Origin: Mycobacterium leprae TN
GTDB lineage: Bacteria; Actinomycetota; Actinomycetes; Mycobacteriales; Mycobacteriaceae
Direction of reading: 5' to 3'
DNA: 32,000 nt
Assembly: GCF_000195855.1 (NCBI RefSeq)
Contig: NC_002677.1
Location: 240,001 to 272,000, forward strand
In this document: piece by piece, positions 19,495-28,876 of the stretch
Position numbering within the stretch: the stretch's first letter is position 1
Layout: every line of letters begins with the position of its first letter
The notes under the pieces: model-generated
The model's database searches: none
What the model saw: the letters and a program-made list of their open reading frames with translations, nothing else
What the model was told of the DNA's origin: nothing
Translations under genes and position numbers: made by a program

Positions 19495-20400
19495 GGGTGT
19501 TGTTGATGTTGGGTTTGGTTTGGGTGGTGGTGTTGTGGTGGGCTGGTGGGGTGTGGGTGGTTGATCTGCGCTAGAAGGTTGCCGTATGTGCCGCCGACGG
19601 CCGGATCATCGATGCACTGTTCACTAACACGATACTGCTGCACCCGGCGGCATGCCTGCTTGCTGGCTGAGGGCCGGTCAACAAGCCGCCGACACCGATA
19701 CCAGCGGCAGAAATGGTGCAAGGGATAACATCAGGTGCGAATAGTTATACCGTGCACGGGGACGTGCCTGTTCAGGTGCGGCCACATTGACCACGCCGAC
19801 ACCTCAAGGCCATGACATGCACACTAAAACGCCCCTACCCCGCGGCGCTAACAACTACCCTCACACCCACGCCTGCATCGATATCGCCTTCAGCACAGCC
19901 CAGGTGCCCAGCCCCTGGCATCATCAACATGTAGACCAAGCAGCACCCACCACCGACATGCTTACGTGCGCCGCGCTAATCGTGTCCACTGCGGCAAAGC
20001 ACACGAAGCCTCATCGAAAGCAGGCAGTCAGCCACCCACCAACAAAAACCCCGCAACACAGCAAAACACGTCAACAGGATTCCGGGCTGCCCCCCACGAC
20101 TACCGAACATATCGGCCAGTCATAAAACGCAAAAACAGCCATTTCACCCACCACCTATGAAACCAACCGAACAACTCACCGCCACAGACACAAGACAGCA
20201 GAGCCCGGGAACCGTCGCAGCTATGTACAGGCCTTGAACGGACCAAGTTTGGGGTCCGCATATGTGGTGGCAGGGCCGGCAGTTTGAGGGTGCGGCAGGG
20301 CTGCGAGAATTGCTGGTGGCGTCGGTAGCTCTGGGGACAGGGCTGGGACACCCACGACGGACGCGGGGGGAACACCCGCTCCTACCGTATCGTAGGATAG
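19495..20400. repeat. RLEP, the M. leprae-specific dispersed repeat (right boundary uncertain)
   Basis: Contains caccgataccagcggcagaa (19693-19712) and cctcaaggccatgacatgca (19802-21), the classic primer pair, 129 bp apart. Also contains cgctagaaggttgccgtatgtgc (19569-91), cgccgacggccggatcatcga and tgcactgttcactaacacgatactgc, which are qPCR targets. Ends are G/T-rich and C/A-rich low complexity, with no credible ORF. It is inverted relative to the usual published orientation. Confidence 0.9.
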
Positions 20401-20479
20401 ATTGAACCTGCCGAGTGATAATCAGTCCCGCCACGGTGCGCTGCCACCATTTCGGTGGTCGGGCCAGACCTGCTTGCGA

Positions 20480-20871
20480 TGCCGCTACCGATCAAGAATT
20501 GTCGACTCCGCCGTTTTGTCCCGTCTATTTAGGGGAGCCGTTGCCGATTAGAAGTCGCCAAACACCGTCTCGGTAGGCGCATCGGTACTGCTGGGTAGAT
20601 CCTTGCACCACGATACGCAACGGTGAGGAATTCGAGGTTTCGGCGGCCGCATGTTGTTCGGGCGGCGGTCAAGGCGTGCACGAACTGATTATGGAGCATC
20701 GCCGCTTGAGCGCTGAGTGCCTGATACGGCGGGCCGTAGAATAGCGAATACCACAGCTATGGCTGCCGGAGCCTCGTAGTGCCCATTGTTACTAGCTGCC
20801 TGTTCGAGGCAACGGCGGCGTTATTGGCTGCCGTTAGCAGTATCTCCGGGGTCGCGATCACGAATCGATAA
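20480..20871 (-). pseudogene. PE / PE_PGRS-family pseudogene
   Basis: After frame corrections the minus strand reads (M)SFVIATPEILLTAANNAAVAS..., then YQALSAQAAMLHNQFVHALTAA..., APTETVFG..., LIGNG..., TGQNGG. The start codon is degraded to TTA, there is a 1-nt insertion after codon 2, and further frameshifts follow. Confidence 0.6.
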
Positions 20872-21365
20872 CTGAAACTTGCGAACATCTTCTGACCACT
20901 CAAGATCGTTAAGAGTCCACGGCATAGTGGCCGAGTGCACGACGTCTCCTGTTTGGCGAGTCGGACTGATAAAGATCGAGCTGGGTGTCGTACATCGATA
21001 TCCGTTTAGAGCCAATGTTATTGCAGTCTTCGGAATTTTGTCACACAGCTTTCTAGCGGTTTGGTGTAAGGTTTATAGTGGTAATCACCGATGCGCCGAG
21101 GTGGTCTACGATTCTGTTATAGGGTGTCCACGACCTGGCCGCCATGCCGAAATACCTCGGCTTACCGATCAGCGCTGTGATGCGCCTATTGTGCTACTCT
21201 GGCACAGATCGGGCGGGGGAGATAGTAAATGCCTAATGGGCTGCTCGACCTGCTCACCGATATTCTAGCGATGACTGGATTCAGGCCTTGTCAGTTGTGG
21301 CTTTCGTCAGTCTTGCATCGGCGAGTTGACCATTTGTGAAGCAATCGCAGCAAGACTAGACAGGG

Positions 21366-22400
21366 CTAAAACGTATCAGGTTCTAGTTTCACCCGGTTGA
21401 CGGTTACATGTACCAGCGCCCAATCGTTGTCGAACCTCCGAATTTGTAGTATACTTTCGTTTGCTTTGTGGACGATTTCCTTTGTCATGGATGACATCAC
21501 GAGCCCCGTTCCGATGTTGTTACTCCGGTTGCTTATCCAACTGATTGTCCTGCCAATCGTAGAATGGACAGGGCGCGTCAAGCCATTTCAACCGATCCCA
21601 ATTGATGAGCTCGAAGAGCGCCCGATTCACTCTCGCCCGTGCTGCCCTGTTGAGGATTCGCTAGATCAGATCCTCGACGGATGCTGGTGGATCTTTGAGC
21701 GCCAGCATGCTAGTTGATTACCCGTGGGGTTAGGTGGTAGTGGCCTTTTAGCCCCGGTTACAACGTGTTGTGCGCGCCGAAGCCTATCCTGATCGGTTTT
21801 CTCTGCCAATCGGTGAGATCCCAGTTGCTATAAAGCGTTTGCCTTCCGCAGATATAAATGTACCATTGCAAGCATCTTCGTTTCGTTGTGCTTGAGTTCG
21901 GGCGAAAGAAAATCTTCCGCGAAAGCCCTGCCATAGATGACTTTCACTCCGGGATTCTTACCACTATTGTCCAGCGACTCTCTGGTCTCGGTGACCCCAC
22001 GTCACAAGTTAGGTCGCACGTCAAGGGGCCAGGGATCGGCAGCCCTGGCGGTTACTCATCGCCAGCGTGTCCGGCACCTGCACACAGTTGTCGAACATAA
22101 TCAACGGTTCGATGCAGATAACGCGGTCGAGCTTGGTTGTGATGCTTGTGAGGCTCTAGCCGGTTCGCAGCGACTGGGTTATCGCTGTTCGTCCTGCTGA
22201 GAGACAGGGGCGGTGCCACAGGAACGTGGTGATCGGGACGAGGTTCTTGAGTTGGCGGTCCTGCGCGGCCACGACGGGTTCGTCCCCCAGCGTTTCCACG
22301 AGTAGCCCGTTGCGGGTTATTCGGCCAAGGCATACTTAGTTGAAGTTGAACAGTCGGGTAGATCTGCTGGCAGATGCTTAATCTACGCGGTCCTTGATTG
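21366..22400 (-). pseudogene. Decayed gene of unknown function (Rv3651-like by position only)
   Basis: Coding-looking minus-strand segments are interrupted by stops and frameshifts. They include ITRNGLLVETLGDEPVVAAQDRQLKNLVPITTFLW, TKLDRVICIEPLIMFDNCVQVPDTLAM and NPGVKVIYGRAFAEDFLSPELKHNETKMLAMVHLYLRKANAL. Further segments are RILNRAARARVNRALFELINWDRLKWLD and KEIVHKANESILQIRRFDNDWALVHVTVNRVKLEPDTF*. The span of about 1 kb and the flanking PE genes match my memory of the Rv3650-Rv3652 layout. Confidence 0.4.
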
Positions 22401-22556
22401 TTTTGCCGCGTAGGGCGCGCTGCGTCGCTGGAGTATATATATAGCAGCACAAGATAATTGGTTGTGACGACCGTGACCACAGGCACGCTGGGGCTGTTTG
22501 CGAGCTCACTGCGTGTGATCGCGGCGATTGCTGATCTGATGTTTGCAGATCCGAAG

Positions 22557-23073
22557 CTACCTGGACAAACTTGGTCGGCTGGACTTATCGCACAACTTAA
22601 GTGCAGGCTCGCCGGTTATGGCAACCTGTGTATCCCGCCCTGGCGGAGCAGCTGCCAAGGTGTTGCCGCCAACCTCGTTGGTCCTGTCAGTACCGGCAAT
22701 CTGGCCGAATTTACCAGCACCATCAGCGTTGCTATGATAATTATGGGACTGTAAGTGTCGTGGTGCATCAGTAGGCGTCCCGCCATCGTCGGGGCGGGCG
22801 CGTTTATCAGGTTGAGTAACTCTTGCAGAAGATTTTGGCTTAATGCGGTGTTGGCCGGCGTAGACGATTGCACCCAAGTTTTGATCGACGCCACCCGTCC
22901 GGCTGGTGTCGATCGCGCACAGTGCGTGGTTACACCAAGCAACGCCTATCTCCAGATTAAGGACAACGTCGCTAAGCTTGTCATCCGCGGTTGTGGTGAA
23001 CTGAGTTGCGCACCCCGTTCGGAGCGAGGTGATTTACTGTTACGTCACTATGTTTCAGGATCACGAACGGATT
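22557..23073 (-). pseudogene. PE-family pseudogene (PE33 / PE_PGRS-like)
   Basis: Minus-strand fragments read (N)PFVILKH...VNHLAPNG, TTTADDKLSDVVLNL (like ADEVSAAIAALF) and WVQSSTPANTALSQNLLQELLNLINAPAPTMAGRLL (like ...LLNVINAPTQALLGRPL). A Gly-rich tail follows: NADGAGKFGQIAGTD...GGNTLAAAPPG. The ATG is mutated to AAT and there are several frameshifts. Confidence 0.6.
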
Positions 23074-23210
23074 GTTTTGTCCGAAACGTTTGAAGTGCGG
23101 TGTGACGGCAGTTCGGTATTTCGTTGCAAACGAAGCAGTGCGTTCGGGTGTTGTGACGGCACAGGTCTGTGGACGTCAACCGTCGAAGGGTCGGTCTCCA
23201 TTCACTGTAG

Positions 23211-24560
23211 CTAAGTGTGACTCGTGACACAACTTGGCAAGCACCTGTGCCACGCCGGCTTTATCAAGGAGTCGTTATCACGTTGTGTGTACTGCACATA
23301 CAACAGACATCCGTTCGGGCATTTGCCTGCCTGGATATCTGCTGTGTTGGCGCCCAACCAGATATGTGCTTGGCGGAATCCGCGTTCGGCGAATCCTGCC
23401 CCGCCGGGATAGCCATCTTTAGACAAACAATACTGGGCAAAATCCATTAGGGGCCGATCACGGCGGACTGGACGCCAATGTTGCCACGATCGCAGTTGGT
23501 CAGCAAGGTAGCAGTCCAATGGTTGAGTGTTCAGCGGCGTGCAACGACCCGGTGTCCAGTCTTTGGTCAATACCTTTGCAGCACAAAGCATAATGCAATA
23601 CGTGAAGGTGATGTCGGTGAGTTCGCGCTCGAGGGCAACATAATTGGTATCCGCAGCTTGCACGAGGAATATCTGGCCACTGACCGAACCCGTATATCCA
23701 CTTCGGCCTGTGATTCCAGGCTTGGTGCCGGGAAATACCTGTCGGATTGGCGCTGCCGCAACCCGTCGTCTACCGGATCATCGGTCACCGACCTCCGCCC
23801 CGCTGGGATCTCCGCAGTACAGGATCAGTTATGATGTGCTCGACCTGCTTGTCCAGCAGCGCGGGGGAGTGGACCAGGTACGTGTTCAGCGGATAGTCAC
23901 GAGCAGTCAGCACCACCAGCCCGCCTTGGCCGCGCCGACCTGAGCGGCCAGCCTGTTGTCAGCACGAGGCGACTGTCCCGGGGAAGTTGGCGAGCACCCC
24001 CCGTGTCTAAACCGGCGTTATCAATTCCCAGCGCCAGCGCGTTGATGATAGTCAGGCTGTGCAGCCGGCCCTGCTCTACTGTGTTGCGATCCGCGGCGAG
24101 ATACGACGCCGTCGTGTCCGACAGTTTCGGGGCAAAATCGTTCAGCCGCGCCGCCGCACACAGCACGGTTAGTTCCTCAGCGTATCGCGACCGCATGAAC
24201 GTCAAGAGTTCTGCGGCTTCCCTCATTGATCAGGTCTGACCATCACTTGTGCCGCCTTGGCGCCCGCGTAGCGGCGCCCGGGAAGTTGATGGGCCAGTGA
24301 TTTTCCCGACGCGGTGCCGGTGCTCACAACACACATGGGTGCCGGAGTCAGTCAGCTCAGCGGCCACGGACTGATGTGACCATGGGGAGCTGATGTTGCG
24401 GTAGGGGAAACGCTCGTACTATGCTGGTTTGGCCCAGGCTGGCCAACGACCCTGCTGGCCGCCGCAGGATAGTAGTTTCGGCAACGTGGCGCCACGGATG
24501 ATAGTCTAGTGTGGTAACAGTGAGCGCGGCGGCAAGCAGTTCGCTATCGAAATTCACCAT
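23211..24560 (-). pseudogene. DEAD/DEAH-box helicase with C-terminal DUF1998/MrfA-type domain, pseudogene (Rv3649-like)
   Basis: The N-terminus is intact for 67 codons after AAGGAGG-N7-ATG (MVNFDSELLAAAL...RHVA...). Later fragments read ...INALALGIDNAGLD..., FPGTVASC*QQAGRSGRRGQGGLVVLTARDYPLNTYLVHSPALLDK (TGA at the expected Trp), LHAAEHSTIGLLP and DGYPGGAGFAERGF...C.NGC...DSLIKPA. The total is about 1.35 kb, against about 2.3 kb expected, so most of the helicase core is deleted. Confidence 0.8.
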
Positions 24561-24897
24561 TTCACAACCTCCTTGGTTCCTTGCGATTCCCCGGTTGCCG
24601 GTGTATGGCTCGGAAAGCCAGCGTAAGGATGACGCTGAGGTTAATGGAGATTATCTCGTTAGGAATCCACTCCACGACATAGAGTCTGTCGCCGGGACGA
24701 GGAACATGATTGACTGGTGGCGGTCGTAGCTTCTGTGTTCGTGTCACACTTTCGCAGGAACAACGTTGCGGTCGCGGTTCCTGCGAGGTTATTGGTCGGG
24801 TGAAGTTCCGGCGACTCCGCGAGGTATGGCGGTCGTACTCGGCCCGGGGCATCGAAAGGCGGTGCTCTGCATGCAGAAGAAAAGGAAAGATCGAGAG

Positions 24898-25101
24898 ATG
24901 CCACAGGGAACTGTGAAGTGGTTCAACGCGGAGAAGGGGTTCGGCTTTATCGCCCCCGAAGACGGTTCTGCGGATGTTTTTGTCCACTACACTGAGATTC
25001 AGGGTTCGGGCTTCCGCACCCTTGAAGAGAACCAGAAGGTCGAGTTTGAGATCGGCCACAGCCCCAAGGGCCCCCAAGCCACTGGAGTTCGCTCCGTCTG
25101 A
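24898..25101 (+). CDS. cspA: Cold-shock protein A
   Basis: 67 aa reading [67 protein letters not shown]. Has RNP1 (KGFGFI) and RNP2 (VFVHY). AAGGAAAG lies upstream of the ATG. The longer ORF-track start is an over-extension. Confidence 0.95.
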   Translation: MPQGTVKWFNAEKGFGFIAPEDGSADVFVHYTEIQGSGFRTLEENQKVEFEIGHSPKGPQATGVRSV

Positions 25102-25212
25102 CCCGGCAGATTCTGGCGAAACCCCTGTGTCCTCCCGCTTAGCGGGTGCGGCCGGGGGTCTTCGTTATCTAGCTGCTGTTCGATACCGTCGTCCTGGCTT
25201 ACTGTCGGGGGT

Positions 25213-25815
25213 GTGAGTCAGCTTTCCTTCTTCACGGCCGAGTCGCTACTCCCCGCAATAGCCGATCTTGCCGGTGTGCTGGCGGCTTCCGGCCAGATCG
25301 TGGTGGTTAGCGCTTCTGGTCAAAGTCCCGCCCCGGCCGCTCGGCTTTCGGTAGTGGTAGATCAGCTCTGGCGTGCCTCGGCGCTGGCCGAGATGATTAG
25401 CGAGGCTGGTTTGGTACCCGAGATTTCTCGGACTGAGGAAGACACTCCGCTGGTCAGGACGGCGGTGGACCCGTTGTTGTGTCCGATCGCCGCCGAATGG
25501 ACACGCGGCGCGGTGAAGACGGTGCCCCCGCGATGGTTGCCCGGGCCGCGCGAGCTGCGCGCGTGGATTTTGGCGGCCGGCGTCCCGGAGGCCGCCAACC
25601 GTTACCTGCTGGGTCTAGATCCGCACGCACCCGATACCCACTCACCGTTGGCGTCAGCTCTGATGCGGGTCGGAATTGCGCCCACCCTAATCGGCACCCG
25701 CAGTGGTCGACCGGCGCTTCGGATCAGCGGCCGTCGTAGGCTATCGCGCCTGTTAGAAAACGTTGGGGAACCTCCCGACTGGGCCGAGGCGTTAGCGTTG
25801 TGGCCGCGGGTTTAG
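25213..25815 (+). CDS. Conserved hypothetical protein (Rv3647c-like)
   Basis: 200-aa ORF with GTG start and mycobacterial codon bias, in the conserved position between cspA and topA. No domain recognised. Confidence 0.7.
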   Translation: MSQLSFFTAESLLPAIADLAGVLAASGQIVVVSASGQSPAPAARLSVVVDQLWRASALAEMISEAGLVPEISRTEEDTPLVRTAVDPLLCPIAAEWTRGAVKTVPPRWLPGPRELRAWILAAGVPEAANRYLLGLDPHAPDTHSPLASALMRVGIAPTLIGTRSGRPALRISGRRRLSRLLENVGEPPDWAEALALWPRV

Positions 25816-26014
25816 CGTACCGTTAAGCCCTTTGTTTGGTGCAGTCGGTTTGCGCAAGCTCACCCAAGGGTGCGAAATTGTCAATTGCCCGCAGGCGGAG
25901 AGATGTCAACGCAGCTGACTTTCATCGGAGTCTTAGATAGCAGGCCGGTAATTTCTTCGTGAAGGGGGATCTCGCAAGGGACCGGAATAAGATGATGATG
26001 GAGCGTAACCGAAG

Positions 26015-28876
26015 TTGGCTGACCCGAAGTCGATGAAGGGCCCCAGGGGTTCTAGGAGCGGCAGAAATGGGAGCCCGCGGCGACTTGTTATAGTCGAGTC
26101 GCCGACGAAAGCGCGCAAATTGTCCGGCTATCTAGGATCTGCGTACATAGTCGAATCATCCCGGGGGCATATCCGTGACCTGCCGCGGACGGCGGCTGAT
26201 GTGCCCGCGAAGTTCAAGTCTGAGCCGTGGGCTCGGCTGGGCGTAAACGTCGACGCAGACTTTGAACCGCTCTACATCATCACCCCCGAGAAGAAGAGCA
26301 CCGTCACTGAACTCAAAGGTCTGCTCCAAGGAGTCGACGAGCTCTATCTGGCCACAGATGGTGACCGCGAGGGCGAAGCCATCGCCTGGCACCTGATGCA
26401 GACTCTGAAACCGCGAGTTCCGGTCAAGCGGATGGTTTTCCACGAGATCACCGAGCACGCGATCCTCGCCGCCGCTGCGCATCCCCGTGAACTGGATATT
26501 GACCTGGTTGACGCGCAGGAGACCCGACGCATCCTGGACCGGCTGTACGGGTATGAAGTTAGTCCGGTACTGTGGAAGAAGGTAGCGCCTAAGCTTTCGG
26601 CGGGCCGAGTGCAATCGGTGGCCACCCGCATCATCGTGCAGCGTGAACGCGACCGGATGGCGTTCTGCAGCGCGGTGTACTGGGACATTGTTGCCAAGCT
26701 GGACGCCAGCGTGTCCGATCCGACCGCCCAGCCGCTCACCTTTGTCGCCCGTCTGACGGCTGTAGATGGCTTGCGGGTCGCCACCGGCCGCGATTTCGGT
26801 GCGATGGGCACGCTGCGTGGAGACTGTGAGGTCTCCAAAATCATTGTCCTCGACGACCTGACCGCAACCACGTTGGCCGCAGGATTGCGCGGCGCTCAGC
26901 TTACCGTGGCCTCAGCGGAAGAGAAGCTCTACACTCGGCGACCGTATCCGCCATTCATGACGTCGACGCTGCAACAGGAAGCCGGACGCAAGTTGCGATT
27001 CTCTGCGGAACGCACGATGAGCATCGCCCAGCGGCTATATGAGAACGGTTACATTACCTACATGCGTACCGACTCGACCACGTTGTCTGAGTCGGCTATC
27101 AACGCCGCTCGTACGCAGGCGCGTCAGCTCTACGGCGAGGAGTACGTCTCTGACTCGCCGCGTCAGTACACCCGCAAGGTAAAGAACGCACAGGAAGCCC
27201 ACGAGGCCATCCGGCCTGCAGGAGAGACGTTCGCTACCCCGGACGCGGTGTGTAATGAACTCGACGGTGACGAATTCCGGATCTACGAGCTGGTATGGCG
27301 GCGTACTGTAGCTTCTCAGATGGCCGACGCTCGCGGTACCACGCTGAGCTTGCGGATCGAGGGCCGAGCCGGCGAGCAACACGTTGTCTTCTCAGCTTCC
27401 GGGCGCACCCTGACCTTCCCCGGCTTCCTGAAGGCCTATGTGGAAACCGTGGACGAGCTGGCCGGCGGCGAGGCTGACGACGCTGAGCGTCGACTACCGC
27501 ATCTGACCTCTGGTCAGCTGCTGGATGTCATCGATCTGACTCCGGACGGGCACGCCACCAACCCTCCGGCCCGCTATACGGAAGCTTCTTTGGTTAAAGC
27601 GTTGGAGGAGTTGGGTATCGGCCGCCCGTCGACGTACTCATCGATCATAAAGACCGTCCAGGACCGCGGCTATGTGCAGAAGAAGGGCAGCGCCCTGGTG
27701 CCGTCGTGGGTCGCGTTCGCAGTTACCGGCCTTTTGGAGCAGCATTTCGGCCGTCTCGTCGACTACGATTTCACCGCCGCGATGGAAGACGAGCTCGATG
27801 AGATCGCTAACGGGAATGAGCAACGTACCAACTGGCTCAACAACTTCTACTTTGGTGGCAACCACGGTGTGTCCGATTCAATAGCCCGCTCCGGCGGCTT
27901 GAAGAAGTTGGTCGGCGTGAATATTGAAGGGATTGATGCACGAGAGGTCAATTCCATCAAACTGTTTGACGATGAGCACGGTCGTCCTGTCTATGTTCGG
28001 GTAGGCAAGACTGGGCCGTATCTGGAACGCTTGTTGGCAGGCGATGATGGTGAACTTACCCCGCAGCGGGCAAACCTCAACGGCACACTCACTCCGGATG
28101 AGCTCACCTTGGAGGTTGCCGAGGAGCTTTTCGCCACACCGCACGAGGGGCGCGTTCTGGGGGTGGATCCCGAAACTGGCCACGAGATCGTCGCCAAAGA
28201 CGGTCGGTACGGGCCTTATGTGACTGAGGTCCTGCCTAAGCACGATGACGACTATGGTGCAGCGGATCAGGGAACTAAGAAAACTAAGAAGGGTAGGAGG
28301 GCTTCCGCTTCTCAAGGCCCCAAACCGAGGACCGGGTCTTTGCTGCGGAGCATGGATTTGCAAACGATCACTCTCGAGGATGCATTGAAACTGTTGTTGC
28401 TGCCTCGGGTTGTCGGTGTGGACCCTGCGTCCGGTGAAGAGATCACCGCGCAGAACGGGCGTTATGGTCCATATCTGAAGCGCGGCAAAGATTCTCGACC
28501 ACTAACAACTGAAGACCAGATGTTCATCATTACTCTCGACGAGGCGTTAAAGATCTACGCTGAACCGAAACGTGCTGGTCGACAAAGTACTTCGCCGCCG
28601 CCTTTGCGTGAGCTGGGGACTGATCCGACGTCGGGCAAGCCAATGCTGATCAAGGACGGCCGGTTCGGCCCGTATGTCACCGACGGTGAGACCAACGCTA
28701 GCCTGCGCAAGGGTGATGACGTGGTGTCGATAACCGATGAACGTGCCGCCGAATTGTTGGCTGACCGACGGGCCCGAGGTCCGGTTAAGCGGCCTGCTAA
28801 GAAGGCTCGCAAGGTCCCGGCGAAGAAGGCAGCTAGACTGGCTCCGGCCCGCGGGATCAGCCAGTCACCTCGCTAG
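26015..28876 (+). CDS. topA: DNA topoisomerase I
   Basis: 953 aa with TTG start. Has TOPRIM (RLVIVESPTKA, ATDGDREGEAIAWH), the active-site Tyr context (GYITYMRTDS) and repeated actinobacterial C-terminal domains (GRYGPY / GRFGPY) ending in a Lys/Arg-rich tail. Confidence 0.97.
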   Translation: MADPKSMKGPRGSRSGRNGSPRRLVIVESPTKARKLSGYLGSAYIVESSRGHIRDLPRTAADVPAKFKSEPWARLGVNVDADFEPLYIITPEKKSTVTELKGLLQGVDELYLATDGDREGEAIAWHLMQTLKPRVPVKRMVFHEITEHAILAAAAHPRELDIDLVDAQETRRILDRLYGYEVSPVLWKKVAPKLSAGRVQSVATRIIVQRERDRMAFCSAVYWDIVAKLDASVSDPTAQPLTFVARLTAVDGLRVATGRDFGAMGTLRGDCEVSKIIVLDDLTATTLAAGLRGAQLTVASAEEKLYTRRPYPPFMTSTLQQEAGRKLRFSAERTMSIAQRLYENGYITYMRTDSTTLSESAINAARTQARQLYGEEYVSDSPRQYTRKVKNAQEAHEAIRPAGETFATPDAVCNELDGDEFRIYELVWRRTVASQMADARGTTLSLRIEGRAGEQHVVFSASGRTLTFPGFLKAYVETVDELAGGEADDAERRLPHLTSGQLLDVIDLTPDGHATNPPARYTEASLVKALEELGIGRPSTYSSIIKTVQDRGYVQKKGSALVPSWVAFAVTGLLEQHFGRLVDYDFTAAMEDELDEIANGNEQRTNWLNNFYFGGNHGVSDSIARSGGLKKLVGVNIEGIDAREVNSIKLFDDEHGRPVYVRVGKTGPYLERLLAGDDGELTPQRANLNGTLTPDELTLEVAEELFATPHEGRVLGVDPETGHEIVAKDGRYGPYVTEVLPKHDDDYGAADQGTKKTKKGRRASASQGPKPRTGSLLRSMDLQTITLEDALKLLLLPRVVGVDPASGEEITAQNGRYGPYLKRGKDSRPLTTEDQMFIITLDEALKIYAEPKRAGRQSTSPPPLRELGTDPTSGKPMLIKDGRFGPYVTDGETNASLRKGDDVVSITDERAAELLADRRARGPVKRPAKKARKVPAKKAARLAPARGISQSPR

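Noticed and set aside
19787-20160. ORFs of 112 aa and 64 aa inside RLEP.
   Set aside because: Their Thr/Pro/His/Gln-rich low-complexity translations come from the C/A-rich repeat sequence. RLEP is not known to be coding.
22434-22443. (TA)5 microsatellite.
   Set aside because: Too short to be a likely variable locus compared with the long TA/AT repeats used for M. leprae typing. It also lies in dead DNA.
22458-23214. Plus-strand ORFs (98, 112 and 61 aa), first considered as a repetitive beta-rich secreted protein of the DUF3060 type.
   Set aside because: The opposite strand yields clear PE-domain signatures (..LINAP.., ADEVS-like, SFVI-like start), so the plus-strand frames are mirror ORFs.
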